DNA of 63,813 nt, counting the filler, from Octopus bimaculoides (lineage: Eukaryota): the NCBI RefSeq assembly GCF_001194135.2. It is 11 parts of 11 records of this genome, joined end to end, with 100 filler letters (N's around TTAATTAATTAA, not from the genome) between each part and the next. Parts side by side here need not be neighbours in the genome. Positions count along the whole stretch, not along the records: positions 1 to 3,880 come from NC_068991.1; positions 3,981 to 9,891 come from NC_068981.1; positions 9,992 to 14,752 come from NC_069006.1; 8 more parts are not named here. The stretch is one strand, 5' to 3'. Under the pieces are notes generated by a model. It did no database searches. It was not told the DNA's origin and worked only from the letters and a program-made list of their open reading frames with translations. Position numbers and translations under genes: made by a program. Below are positions 1-11,070 of the stretch, in pieces (position 1 is the stretch's first letter; every line of letters starts with the position of its first letter).

Positions 1-65
1 TACCACACAGCCACGCCTGCGTCTATACTCAACACCTTTTATAAACTAGCACTTCACATATTTTA

Positions 66-313
66 CAAACTAGTTCTCGACCATTTTTTTTTTTTTTACG
101 TATGGGCCTTTTGGTTTTTATTTTACTCGGCAGACCCCCACTAAGCCATTTGACGCTTAAAATATCCTATTATATTTTTATAATTAAACATCATTATAAA
201 TTACATTAAAAAAAATTGTTGGAATATTTTGCGTATTTATTGCTCATAAATTTTATCGACAAAATCTTTTGCGGACCCTTAGGGATCATACAGACCCCGG
301 TTGAAAACCGCTG
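66..313. mobile_element. Degraded hAT-type MITE relic
   Basis: Right end ggttgaaaaccgctg (299-313; reverse complement CAGCGGTTTTCAACC) resembles the hAT-MITE TIRs at 44549 and 11685, with subterminal gcggaccc/cagacccc motifs. The left TIR is decayed and no TSD was found. Confidence 0.35.
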
Positions 314-720
314 CTCCACACTTTTTATATATTATTACTTTACATGTTTTGAACATTAATACTTCACACCTTTAACAAACGAACATTTTACATATTTTAC
401 AAAATAAGACTTTTGGGCTTTCTCTCTTTGGTTAATGCTGCGAATGATTATTTGTTATTATTTTTTCCCCAAGTTAGTCCCGCTCACTCAGAACTAAGAT
501 TATTGGCGTTACAACCATGCCAATCCCACCTCACCTTTAACAATACGTTTTATGCTCAGATAGACACATATTTTTGATATAACTAAGACAACAATATCAA
601 ATGTGCCATTCGTTTTTACGATGAAAATGTGATTTGCGGTTATTTGAATGTTTTCTAGCAGGTTGAGCTTTCACGTAATGTCTGTCTGTCAGCCTGCCTG
701 CCTGTCTGTCTGTTTGTCTG

Positions 721-786
<66 letters not shown>
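721..786 (+). repeat. (TATC)n tetranucleotide microsatellite
   Basis: Directly visible perfect array; explains ORF 648..860. Confidence 0.95.
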
Positions 787-1342
787 ACTTTCCATATCAG
801 CAATGCTTCACTCTAAAGGCAAAGTTGTTTTATTTACTTTCATTAAACATTTTACAGTAAATTCCCGAATCTGCTAGAGCCCAGTTTTTGAACGCTCTCG
901 CCACTTCCGGTTGTCGTCCACCGCTTCCTGTATCGTCAGCTATGCAAACAATTTTTTCGTCTTTCTCCACTCCATTGATGAACGAGACCCAGAAGAAACG
1001 TTTGACGTTCTCGTCCGCACGTCAGTTAAATTGATTCGATTTTTCACGAAATTTCTTACAGAATACTTTACAACCCCGGAAGACAACACCGAAGGAAGAA
1101 TGAGATGAATAATAAGATGTATAATCTCTATCCATTAACATTCTATCATCATTGAAAAAAGGGAAGGATATATTAAATAATATAGCCCGCAATAAACTAC
1201 ATCTGAAATGGTGGAATAGCCAAGGCAGGATTACTTTCGATTTTAAGTCTGCTCGATCAAATCTGGCTGAGGTTAAACAACAACAACAACAACAACAACA
1301 ATATCAGTAACAACGATAACTCTTCCGAGTACTCAGTCTCAC

Positions 1343-1680
1343 CACCTTGTGAATAATTCTTTGATTTCTCTCTTACTCAACAAAGCATTCGGTTCTGTCA
1401 GGGTTTGTCCCATCATTCTCAATGAGGTTTTAAGTCGTCTCCTACCGTTGCAAATTCCTCTATCTCTCCCCTCTTTATTTCCCCTCTTTTTTCCTTCCCA
1501 CCTTCTTTCTCTCTTTCAGTATCTTTTTCACTGTTTTTCTGTCTCGAGAATCTATTTCAATATTTCTAGACACACTTTTGTGTATTTCATCCTCAGCGAA
1601 GGTTGCCACTCAAGTTCTGTTAACTACAGGTCCCTGTACCAAATATCCCAAATATCAACATATCGCTCTCACTTCCAACA
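1343..1680 (-). CDS. Candidate exon carrying a start codon (MGQTLTEPNALLSKREIKELFTR...), product unknown
   Basis: Minus strand: acceptor ...cccatcacatgctttAG at 1682-1681, purine-rich UTR-like stretch, ATGATG at 1416-1411, open frame to donor GTGAGA at 1342 (alternative GTGGTG at 1345). No homologue recognised. Confidence 0.25.
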
Positions 1681-1854
1681 CTAAAGCATGTGATGGGAAC
1701 AATTAACAATCATTACGTTTCTCTTCCCTCTTAGTGATTACCTGCTTTCCTATAACACTTGCGTCTCTCTTCTTAGTGACAGCCTACTCGTCTATATCAC
1801 TAGAGTCTCTCTTCCTTCTTAGTGACTTTCTGTTCACTCGAGTATATAGATATG

Positions 1855-2160
1855 CTTCTGCTGGATGTCATTAATGAGGTGTTTGAAAAATATGTATGAA
1901 TGACGGGAGCTTATGTTAACTCAAACTTACTTGTTAGCATTTCTAAAGGTTTTGTGTAAGCCTGTAGTTAAACCAAGAGTAACATCTAGATAATTACGTT
2001 AAATTCGTTGCGATGGTTAGGCTGTGCATACATAATGAAGTAAGGAGTTGTTTTCTCAAGTATTTCTCTATGCCTACTGCGATACGGCCAACCCGTCATC
2101 TCTGTAAAGTCCCAAAATATTGCTTGAAATTTCTTGTTTACTATGTCTAGAGTATATAAT
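1855..2160 (-). mobile_element. Penelope-like retrotransposon RT fragment (decayed)
   Basis: One minus frame reads ...NILGLYRDDGLAVSQ*...RNYLDVTLGLTTGLHKTFRNANK*V*VNISSRHSYIFFKHLINDIQ. This matches the PLE RT motif C (GLYRDDGL), FLDVTL and thumb regions, with several stops. Confidence 0.85.
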
Positions 2161-2300
2161 CACACACCATTACATACTTCCATGCTACTGTACATCCGTA
2201 ATATTTAGACCTAAAGAACCCGCTGGGTGTGAGTTTTTTTAAAATAGATATATTCTTTATCAATAGGCACAGTTTTTCTTAGCGTGCCTAATAATATGAT

Positions 2301-2334
<34 letters not shown>

Positions 2335-2335
<1 letters not shown>

Positions 2336-2475
2336 TTAACGTATTTTCTTTCACGTTGGCATGAGGTGGATGGTTTGACAAGAACAGACGTGCCAGAGGG
2401 CTCAGCCAGGTTGTATGTCTGCTCTTGCATATTTTCTACAGCTGTATGCCCTTCCTAACGCTAATCACTTAACAA
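2335..2475 (-). mobile_element. SINE-like interspersed repeat with (TGA)n tail and ggatgcccttcc-type core
   Basis: (ATC)n then atttaacgt...ggcatgaggtggatggtttgac...gctgtatgcccttcctaacgc; a related copy lies at 12550-12770. Confidence 0.6.
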
Positions 2476-2870
2476 AGTTATATATATCTTTTTCTTTTAT
2501 CTTTTACTTGTTTCAGCCATATGTCGATGTGTTTGTGTGTGTGTGTGCGTGCGTGCATATGTACGTATAGACGCATGCACACACACACACACACACACAC
2601 AGTATGCAATGCATAATTTTAGTGCACTATCCTAAACGATATCCCCTTCCTCGTTTTTAATCCACTGTCTCACGCACTTGGCTGCTTTTCTCTCGGTTTT
2701 AACCCACGTAGAAAACTGGTAACATGCGCAAATGTCCGAAATGTCTCACCACACAAGTTTTTAACAACATTCTTCTTCCTAGCTTTACTTTCCACCTCCG
2801 TCATCACCCCTGCACCTCCCCCATCCATCAAATCAACCCCATCCACCGATTCACCTCCCTCCCAACCCAC

Positions 2871-2980
2871 CTACGCACGAGAGTAACAGAAGACGATGTG
2901 AGCGGAAAAAAAAAACTTCGCGAGTCGAGCAACCGTTGAGAGCTTTGCCAGGCATCGCGAACTCGTTTGTGAAGTGTGTT
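2871..2980 (-). promoter_or_regulatory. CpG-rich putative TSS / non-coding first exon
   Basis: Local CpG cluster with TCGCGA at 2918-2923 and 2955-2960; minus-strand donor TAG|GTGGGT at 2871/2870 followed by G-runs. Confidence 0.3.
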
Positions 2981-3027
2981 TACGTGCATGTGTTTGTGAG
3001 CGCATACATATATACAGACACACATAA

Positions 3028-3058
<31 letters not shown>

Positions 3059-3340
3059 TACATATAATGTGTACGTGTATGTGCGTGTATAAATATATGT
3101 ATGTATGTGTGTGTGTGTGTGTGTATGTATCATATATGACTTTGTGTGGGGCTTGTTCAGTAAGACATCTTAAGTGGTTGACATAGAGCTTTGTAGCTGA
3201 AATCAAAAGTATCTGTTTGTTTATGTGTTCAGTTGTGTGTATGTGTGTGTATGTGTGTGTTTGTGTGTGTATGTGTGTGTGTGTGTGATGTGTGTTTGTA
3301 TGTGTGTCTGAGTACATGAGTGTCTAAGCATATATATACG

Positions 3341-3384
<44 letters not shown>

Positions 3385-3924
3385 TGTATGTAAATATGTA
3401 TATATGTATATATGCCCCTTCAAACATACGTGCATTCATACACACAGCAGACACGAAGGCACACAGGCACACGCATACACGTACATACATAGACACACAC
3501 TCACACACACATACACACATGCACATATGTATAAATGTACAAATATATATAGATATACATACATATATGCATATATACAGATATCTGCACACATATCTGC
3601 ATGAGTTTTCTATTTGTGTGCGGCGAGAGTGTCTCCTTGCACGTGTGTGTGTGTGTGTATGTGTGTGTTTCTTTCTATGTTTGGGTTGCATGATATCTAT
3701 GTGTAGTGTGCTGATTCGCTTTTAATGTACACACCCTGGTTACTTGAAGAGGTGCGCAAACAATGCAGTGAAAGAACACACATACATTCACGCGCATACA
3801 CACACGCACACACACACACACACAAACAAACTTACGAAGAACTACAATAACAAGAAGATCAACATCAGAAATGAAACACANNNNNNNNNNNNNNNNNNNN
3901 NNNNNNNNNNNNNNNNNNNNNNNN

Positions 3925-3936
3925 TTAATTAATTAA
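3925..3936. other. Assembly spacer TTAATTAATTAA inside a 100-bp N44-spacer-N44 placeholder (10 copies in window)
   Basis: Identical palindromic six-frame-stop 12-mer flanked by 44 N each side at 3925, 9936, 14797, 18244, 32500, 43862, 47439, 55758, 59521 and 61664. Confidence 0.97.
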
Positions 3937-3988
3937 NNNNNNNNNNNNNNNNNNNNNNNNNNNNNNNNNNNNNNNNNNNNTATATATA

Positions 3989-4154
3989 CGATGGGCTTCT
4001 TTCAGTTTCCGTCTACCAAATCCACTCACAAGGCTTTGGTCGACCCGAGGCTATGGTAGAAGACACTTGCCCAAGGTGCTACGCAGTGGGACTGAACCCG
4101 GAACCATGTGATTGGGAAGCAAACTACTTACCACACAGCCACTCCTGCGCCTAT
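3989..4154 (-). mobile_element. tRNA-derived SINE family A (head + core), well-preserved copy
   Basis: Reverse complement reads ggctgtgtggtaag (A-box-like)...ggttcagtccc (B-box-like)...ccttgggcaagtgtcttctac...gaaagaagcccatcg(TA)n. Many homologous copies in window. Confidence 0.85.
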
Positions 4155-4465
4155 GCACTAAAAAGATTTTTCCTGAATATGCGCTGTGAACTTGGACTAT
4201 GTTTATTATGCATGTGCATCTTTGATGTCATAAATACTGTAGTAAAATAAGAGGTAAGGGGATGTAACTATCGGTGTTGTTATATACAAAATCCGAGCTA
4301 TTTGCCGTTTCTACCATACTGTAGCAGTATAAAAGTTGCTATGGTATGACTCACTCGATTCATTTGCAACGCTAATGTTGTTGGGGAATAAAAATGAACG
4401 TCATTCTTTCAGTATCTTTTCCCGGCCTTCCTAAATTTAATGATGATTTTTTATAAATCATGTTT

Positions 4466-4911
4466 GGTAATCTTCCAGTTTAGGGAGGTAAAAAGAGTAA
4501 ATAAAAATACAAGGGAAATAACTTAACGTCTTACTAGTATTATCCGTACTCTCCCCACCCCACCCGTTCGCGAGCGCGCATTTTTTCCTTCATATTCGTT
4601 CACAGCAAGTTGTTTTACACCTATTACACTATTTTTTTTTTTTTTTAGCTCGGGTCAAACGCTTTAGTTTGACCGTTATTTCCCTATACTGGAAGACTAC
4701 CATAAGTTGTTGTGCAGCCGGTACTATGATAGTCAATCACGTATGTGATTTATATATAAACAGTTAACTTCAATTACGTGTGTGATTTATGTATAAACAG
4801 CTAAAAAACGAAACACATTTCAGAGTAGTACGGATAATACTAGTAAGACGTTAAGTTATTTCCCTTGTATTTTTATTTACTTTTTTTACCTCCCTAAACT
4901 GGAAGATTACC
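4466..4911. mobile_element. MITE with ~85-bp TIRs and 9-bp TSD (Merlin- or Mutator-like)
   Basis: TIR GGTAATCTTCCAGTTTAGGGAGGTAAAA...TATTATCCGTACT at 4466 and its near-perfect complement ending at 4911; ATCATGTTT duplicated at 4457-4465 and 4912-4920. Confidence 0.9.
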
Positions 4912-5019
4912 ATCATGTTTATTTTAAGCATACATTTACGGAGAGTTTCTTAGTAAATACTTATTCAAGACAGACATTCTACGGAGTTGCAATCTGGGGA
5001 GAAATATTGGGCAAAATAT

Positions 5020-5237
5020 TTACTTCAAAACATGGCGTAAATGACAGGAAGTGGTGAGCTAAGTTGGAGGTTTACACAGTTACTCTAGTTCAATTGGTAT
5101 GAAATGGCAGGTTAGAGATGGCGTCGTAATAGCGGTCGGAGAGAAAAGAAAGAAAGAAACGATGCGTCAATGAGTTTAGTAGCTGTAGCAAGTCGGCAAG
5201 TGGATCTTTGATGTCAATATTTATGATAATAAGCCTG
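5020..5237 (+). promoter_or_regulatory. Putative housekeeping-type promoter / first exon
   Basis: YY1-like AAAACATGGCG (5027-5037), AAATGGC (5102) and AGATGGCG (5116); ETS-like ACAGGAAGTG (5044-5053); raised CpG; possible donor CTG|GTAATT at 5237/5238. Confidence 0.35.
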
Positions 5238-5904
5238 GTAATTCACTGTATTCTATTATACTAATACGTCTCACACATACACACGCTCATGCTCACACGC
5301 CCACAAATACACACACATACACACACATATATGCGTATATAACACATGCAAGTGTATGATAAATGTAGTCATTTGATATGCGCGTGTGTGTGTGTGTGTG
5401 TGTGTGTGTGGATACATATGTACGTGTGAGTATACATATGTATATGAGTAATGATTGTTGAGTTTGTCTCTTACCAATTGATTCCTGCTTTAGGGTGTTT
5501 TTTTTTATTCTTATGCCCCTATAATGTAGCGGTTAATCGAAAGAGAAATCAGTAATATAAGAACTAAGCATAAAATTGCACTGGAGCCGATTTCTCCACT
5601 AAACATTGAAATGGTTGCATCTCAATCACTGAAACAAATAAAAGATGGCTGCGTGGTAAGAAGTTTGCTTGGTACCTGTCAATGTTCACTTTCGTGTCGC
5701 GCGATCACTGCCGTTTCCTGAGTCTCATAGAATCATGGGACAGTGAAAATTTGTCTTTCAAATTCTTTAAATAGTGATGTATATACTAAAATTTCCATAA
5801 AGCTACTTTCTATGAAAGATACTAACATACTTTTCCATTCCTCCCCATCACACACACACACACACTCACGTCTGCATGAAAAAGAGTCTTAACAAAAGAA
5901 TACC

Positions 5905-6075
5905 TTATACTATAGGCACAAGGCCTGAGATTTTTTTCATCCCAGTTCTCATCTACCACTTATTTCATCGACCCCGAAAGGATGAAAGGCGAAATCGGCC
6001 TAGGTGGAATTTGAACTCAGAACGTAAAGATGAACGAAATACCACTAAGCATTGTCGTCCGGCCTGTCATGCTGT
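5905..6075 (-). mobile_element. tRNA-derived SINE family B copy
   Basis: cgaccccgaaaggatgaaaggc...ggaatttgaactcagaacgtaa matches the complement of the intact copy at 41695. Confidence 0.75.
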
Positions 6076-6114
6076 TAGTACCACATTGTACGTGTTTGCC
6101 AACACGGCAGTTAC

Positions 6115-6311
6115 TGACACCGGTCCTTGAGGTCAAGTAACATTGATCTTAAAACAATCTTGCTTTCATTTATGAGAAATTCGAAGATACTGTCAAAGCC
6201 CTTCATAGTCTTGACCAGTGGTAACTGCTCTTCTCTAATTTCAATGCAGATTTTCTCCAGTTTTATGGACAAACTGCGATTTTTCTTTGCCTTGGTATGG
6301 ATTCTACATTG
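6115..6311 (-). CDS. Candidate coding exon, unknown product (QCRIHTKAKKNRSLSIKLEKICIEIREEQLPLVKTMKGFDSIFEFLINESKIVLRSMLLDLKDRC)
   Basis: Branch-like TTCTAAC (6332-6326) and CAG acceptor; only one minus frame is open; ends at weak donor GTAACT (6114) or at stop TAA (6113-6111). No homologue recognised. Confidence 0.22.
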
Positions 6312-6357
6312 CTGATATAACTCAGGTTAGAAGTGTTTTTGTTTAGCTTTTAATTTC

Positions 6358-6390
<33 letters not shown>

Positions 6391-6544
6391 CAAAGTATGG
6401 GGGTTTAGTTCACAGGTGATTTAAACGATTAGGTACGCTAAGTAAGTGCTGTAATAGATTACCTAGGGCTCCAAGGTTATAGCCGAGACGGTAGTTATGG
6501 AGCCATTGCAGATTTCCGATGTAGCAGATATATATATATATATA

Positions 6545-7807
6545 TTGTGCTGGCAAGAAAGTAATTTCGGTCATTTCAGTGTGAAATAAAGTTAATTTTT
6601 TTTCATACACAGAATGAACTTTAATCACTTATTTATCTTCTATTTTGTTCGATGACCTTTTCCCATCTTTCTGGCAACTTCATGATTCCGCACTTATAGA
6701 ACTACTGGTCTTTATCAGCTTTTAGCTGAAGCAAGTACGATTTCAGGTCATCATCGTTATTGAAACTTTGCAATAAATGATATTCTGATGGTACAAGGTC
6801 AGGGCTATATGGTGGATGTGACATCACTTCCCAACCAGGCTCCAGTAATTTTTAATGAGTTAGCAAAGACGTGTGTGGTCTAGCGTTGTCATGGTGGAAC
6901 ACAATTCTTTTACGATTTGCCAATTCTATCCGTTTTTCTTTGATTGCTGCCTCCAGTTTCATTAGTTGTTGACAGCAAACATCTCAATTGGCCGTTTGGT
7001 TTCTTGGAAGTAGCTCAAAATACACAACACCTTTGTAATACCACCTAATTGACAACATTACCTTTTTTTGATGCAATTCTACTTTCGATGTGGTTTGTGC
7101 TGGTTCATTACACTTGGAATATGATCATTTTCGATTGGTTTTATTGTAAACAATCCATTTTTCATAACTGAGATGATTCGTTAAAAAAAAAGGTCGATTT
7201 CGTTGTGTTTGAGATGCATATCGCAAATATTGATTCGTTGTATTAAGTGAATCTCTTTCGATTTATGTGGAACCCAAATATCGAGCTTCTTAACGAGTCC
7301 AAGACATTTTAAGTGGTTGGTTTGTAATTGTTGTGTGTATGCATTTAACCTCACTACAATCTCTCATAAAGTTAAATGACAATTAGATTCGTTAATAGCT
7401 TTGATTCGGTCATCATCAACTTCAGTAAGTCGACCAAAACGCTGATCATCTTTGAGTGATGGATCTCCAGAAACGGAACTTTTAAAATCATTTTTGACAT
7501 TACGTTCTGTTAAGCAATCAATACCATGAACTTTTTCATATCTCTTTGTGAGCCTCAGCAACTTTTTTTGCCTTCATGGAAATAAAAAAGCAAAAATATT
7601 GAGACAGTGTTCGTTTTTGCACTTCAGGTTAAAATTGACACTGAACTAACAGCTGTGAACAAAATTACGTGCAATTTGCTTCTAAAGTAAGCTAAAAGAA
7701 ATGGCTATCAAATGTCTAAAGGAAAAGAATCATAACATTAACAAAAGTCATTGAAAAGATTCGTAACTTTATTTGCGAGAAACGAAATGACTTTCTTGCC
7801 AACCCAA
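6545..7807 (-). mobile_element. Full-length decayed mariner (DD34D) transposon, 1263 bp
   Basis: TIRs ttgtgctggcaagaaagtaatttcg / cgaaatgactttcttgccaacccaa flanked by TA. Minus-strand motifs KLDIWVPHK, RIVFHHDNARPHT and GWEVMSHPPYSPDLVPSEYHL, plus an HTH region (ORF 7364..7561); frameshifts and stops. Confidence 0.93.
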
Positions 7808-7896
7808 TATATATGTACGCACACACACACGCACACACAAACACACACACGCACACACGCACACACACACACATACACATACATACTCACATATAT

Positions 7897-8360
7897 AGTT
7901 GAAATTTACAGAAGAAACATAAGACAAGGACAGATGTATGAACAGCAAACAGGTATATCAGTTTGACGGTCGGGAAAGTGAAAAGCATTTTACGTTTCGA
8001 GTCTACGCTCTTCAAGAGAAAGGAATAAGAGAAAATAAACAGAGAGGGAATAAAATAACTTGTGGATTTAGCGGTCAAGCATGGCCATTAGTTAGAGGAA
8101 AAAAAGGTTTGACAGGAGAGGTTGAGAGAAGGGGAGATATTAAAGTATTGGAGATCTCAAAATGAAGATGAGCACGCGTGTTTGTGTATGTGAGAATGTG
8201 TAAGTGTGTGTGTGTGTGGATAGGGGCTAGTGTCTTTGATGTGTGTAGTTTGTATGCTGGGAAGTGGTCAGTGCTAGTGTATGTGGAGTGAGTAGGGTGG
8301 TGTGATGTGGTGTGGTAGTGTGGTGGGTGGAGTTGGATGGAAGTGTGTGGACGGGGATAG
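7897..8360 (-). mobile_element. Interspersed repeat family F (PLE pseudo-LTR-like) with hammerhead-like motif; second copy about 55167-55540
   Basis: Two homologous copies start agttgaaatttacaga...; minus strand carries TTGAAGA-GCGTAG(A/G)CTC-GAAA-(C/T)GT-A at 7991-8015 and 55261-55285. Confidence 0.6.
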
Positions 8361-8595
8361 TATATATATATATGTGTCTGTGTGTTGTGCATCTGTGTAT
8401 GTTTGTGCGTGTATGTTGCGTATGTGCTTGTATAAAATGTGCGTGATTATGTCTCTGCGTTAATTTAAAGCAAAAATTCAAATCACTGAGATTTAATTGT
8501 CATGAAACCATTCCAGTTCTGTCTGCTAGACTATTTCTTCGTCAAATTCTGTTTGGCTTCTCGCATTTCTTCAAATACACCATCATATATGTATA

Positions 8596-8628
<33 letters not shown>

Positions 8629-8839
8629 NNNNNNNNNNNNNNNNNNNNNNNNNNNNNNNNNNNNNNNNNNNNNNNNNNNNNNNNNNNNNNNNNNNNNNNN
8701 NNNNNNNNNNNNNNNNNNNNNNNNNNNNNNNNNNNNNNNNNNNNNNNNNNNNNNNNNNNNNNNNNNNNNNNNNNNNNNNNNNNNNNNNNNNNNNNNNNNN
8801 NNNNNNNNNNNNNNNNNNNNNNNNNNNNNNNNNTGTATA

Positions 8840-8880
<41 letters not shown>

Positions 8881-8881
8881 C

Positions 8882-8916
<35 letters not shown>

Positions 8917-9855
8917 ATGTCTGTATAAATGCACACAGTCACAGATCTATGCACACATACACGTACACACACTCATACATACTTATATAAGTACGTACTA
9001 TGTACGTAAAGTTACGCAGATACATTTATATACATCATCATCGTCATCGCCGCCATCATCATCATTGTCGTCGTCATCATAATCATAATCATCATCATCA
9101 TCATCATCATAATTACCGCTGTATCTATTGCATCAACTGGAGGAACCCGATTCTCAGCGTTGTCTGATACGTTTTTAAGCCATCATAAATTCACCGTGTC
9201 ACCTTCATTCCGGGTGATATCTCTGAAGATTTTAGATTCCTGGGCACCTTCACTTTCCAGTCAGCTGACATATCCCGCTCATTTGTGTGTATTCTATTCA
9301 ATATCAAGAATTATGTCCATGCTTCTTCTCTTTTCTCAGATAATCTGACTCTTATTCTGTGACGTAAATACCATAATAGGTCTCCTTCTTGTTTTGTGTC
9401 CCCGTAAGTAAAGACTCATATTATCCACTCATTGTGCGTTCCCTACATAACAAACACCAACGTGCCTAAGTTTATATATTAGTATTATGCAGCAAAATTC
9501 AATGCAAAGGACAATAAGTTTGTGAGCAATGTTTCCGTCTATGAAATTCGAGTGTTTTCGCCATTCAGCATAGTTATGGTTGCATTCAAAGAAAGAAAAA
9601 AATATTTCCAATATTGACAGAATGCTAAAGAGGAGACATATTCGCTAAATTTAAGGTTTCCTTTGTCTTCAATATCATATCCTTGCAATACACTTTTAAC
9701 GTTTTATGTAAATAGACTCGCTTTTTAAACTGTAAATAGCTGGATATCACGAGCGCTTTATCTGATTATTTTGCCTAAAATATTTCAAATTTTGAAGGTT
9801 TGAACTTTTGGTATTTGATATTCTGATATTTTGATATTTTGATATTTGTCATTCG

Positions 9856-9891
<36 letters not shown>

Positions 9892-9991
9892 NNNNNNNNN
9901 NNNNNNNNNNNNNNNNNNNNNNNNNNNNNNNNNNNTTAATTAATTAANNNNNNNNNNNNNNNNNNNNNNNNNNNNNNNNNNNNNNNNNNNN

Positions 9992-10052
<61 letters not shown>

Positions 10053-10072
10053 TACATACATACACACACACA

Positions 10073-10225
10073 TAGGTGCAAGTGTGACTGTGTGGTAAGA
10101 AGCTTGCTTCCCAATCACATAGTTCCAGGTTCAGTCCCACTGCATGGCACCTTAGGCAAGTGTCTTCTATAGCCTCGGGCTGACCAAATCCTTGTGACAG
10201 AAACTGAAAGAAGCCTGTCGTTTAT
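10073..10225 (+). mobile_element. SINE family A copy
   Basis: gtgactgtgtggtaagaagcttgcttccc...ggttcagtcccactgcatggcaccttaggcaagtgtcttc. Confidence 0.8.
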
Positions 10226-10371
10226 ATGTATGTATCTATGTGTTTGTGTGTCTATGTATCCCCCCCCTGCTAAATTATGGGGACATAAACAAAATCTGGT
10301 TGTCAAGCAGTGACAAACACAGACACACACATGCACACACACCCACACATGCATGCGTGCATACATGCATG

Positions 10372-10640
10372 CATGGCTCAGTGGTTAGAACACTGGGCTC
10401 ACAATCATGAGGTATTGGGTTTGATTCCCAGACTGGGCTGTGTGTTGTGTTCTTGAGCAAGACTCTTTATTTCATTTTACCCCAGTTCACTCAGCTGTAG
10501 AAATGAGTTGCAACAACACTGGTGCCAAGCTGTATTGGCCCCTTTGCCTTTCCTTTCCCTTGGATAACATCAGTGACAGGGAGAGGGGAGGCCGGTATGC
10601 ATGGGTGACTGCTGGTCTTCCATACACAACCTTTGCCAGG
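10372..10640 (+). mobile_element. tRNA-derived SINE family D (cttgagcaag core)
   Basis: A-box-like tggctcagtggtta, B-box-like ggtttgattccc, then cttgagcaagac...gttcactcagctg. Decayed relatives at about 37226-37345 and 56065-56225. Confidence 0.7.
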
Positions 10641-10810
10641 AATTGTACCTTTGGGAAATATTTGGAGGAAGGAGCAATCACTTAAAGGGTCTTAATGCTT
10701 GATAGGTCCTTTATCTAATTAATCCCTGGGAAAATGAAAAGACAGATTTGACCCCAGTGGGAAATGAATTTAAAATGTAAAATGCTTACATTAAATGCTG
10801 TAAATATTAG

Positions 10811-10975
10811 TTGTAAATTTTGGCACAAGGCCAGCAATATTGGGAGAGGGTGGTAAGTCAATTACATTGACCCCCAGTGTTTAACTGGTACTTATTTTAT
10901 CAACCCTGAAAGGATGAAAGGCAAAATTGATCTTGGCAGATTTTGATCTCAGCGCATAAACACTGGAAATACTTT
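10811..10975 (-). mobile_element. SINE family B copy
   Basis: ggcacaaggcc...attgacccccagtg...ctggtacttatttt...gaaaggatgaaaggc. Confidence 0.7.
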
Positions 10976-11039
10976 CGAGGTGGTGAGTTTAGGGAGATTT
11001 GGTGCTATTTCTACCTCATTACTGCTTTGCTGATGCTTG

Positions 11040-11070
<31 letters not shown>

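Noticed and set aside
3989-4154. tRNA genes at SINE heads
   Set aside because: A/B-box-like motifs are present, but there is no complete cloverleaf and each continues into SINE core sequence.
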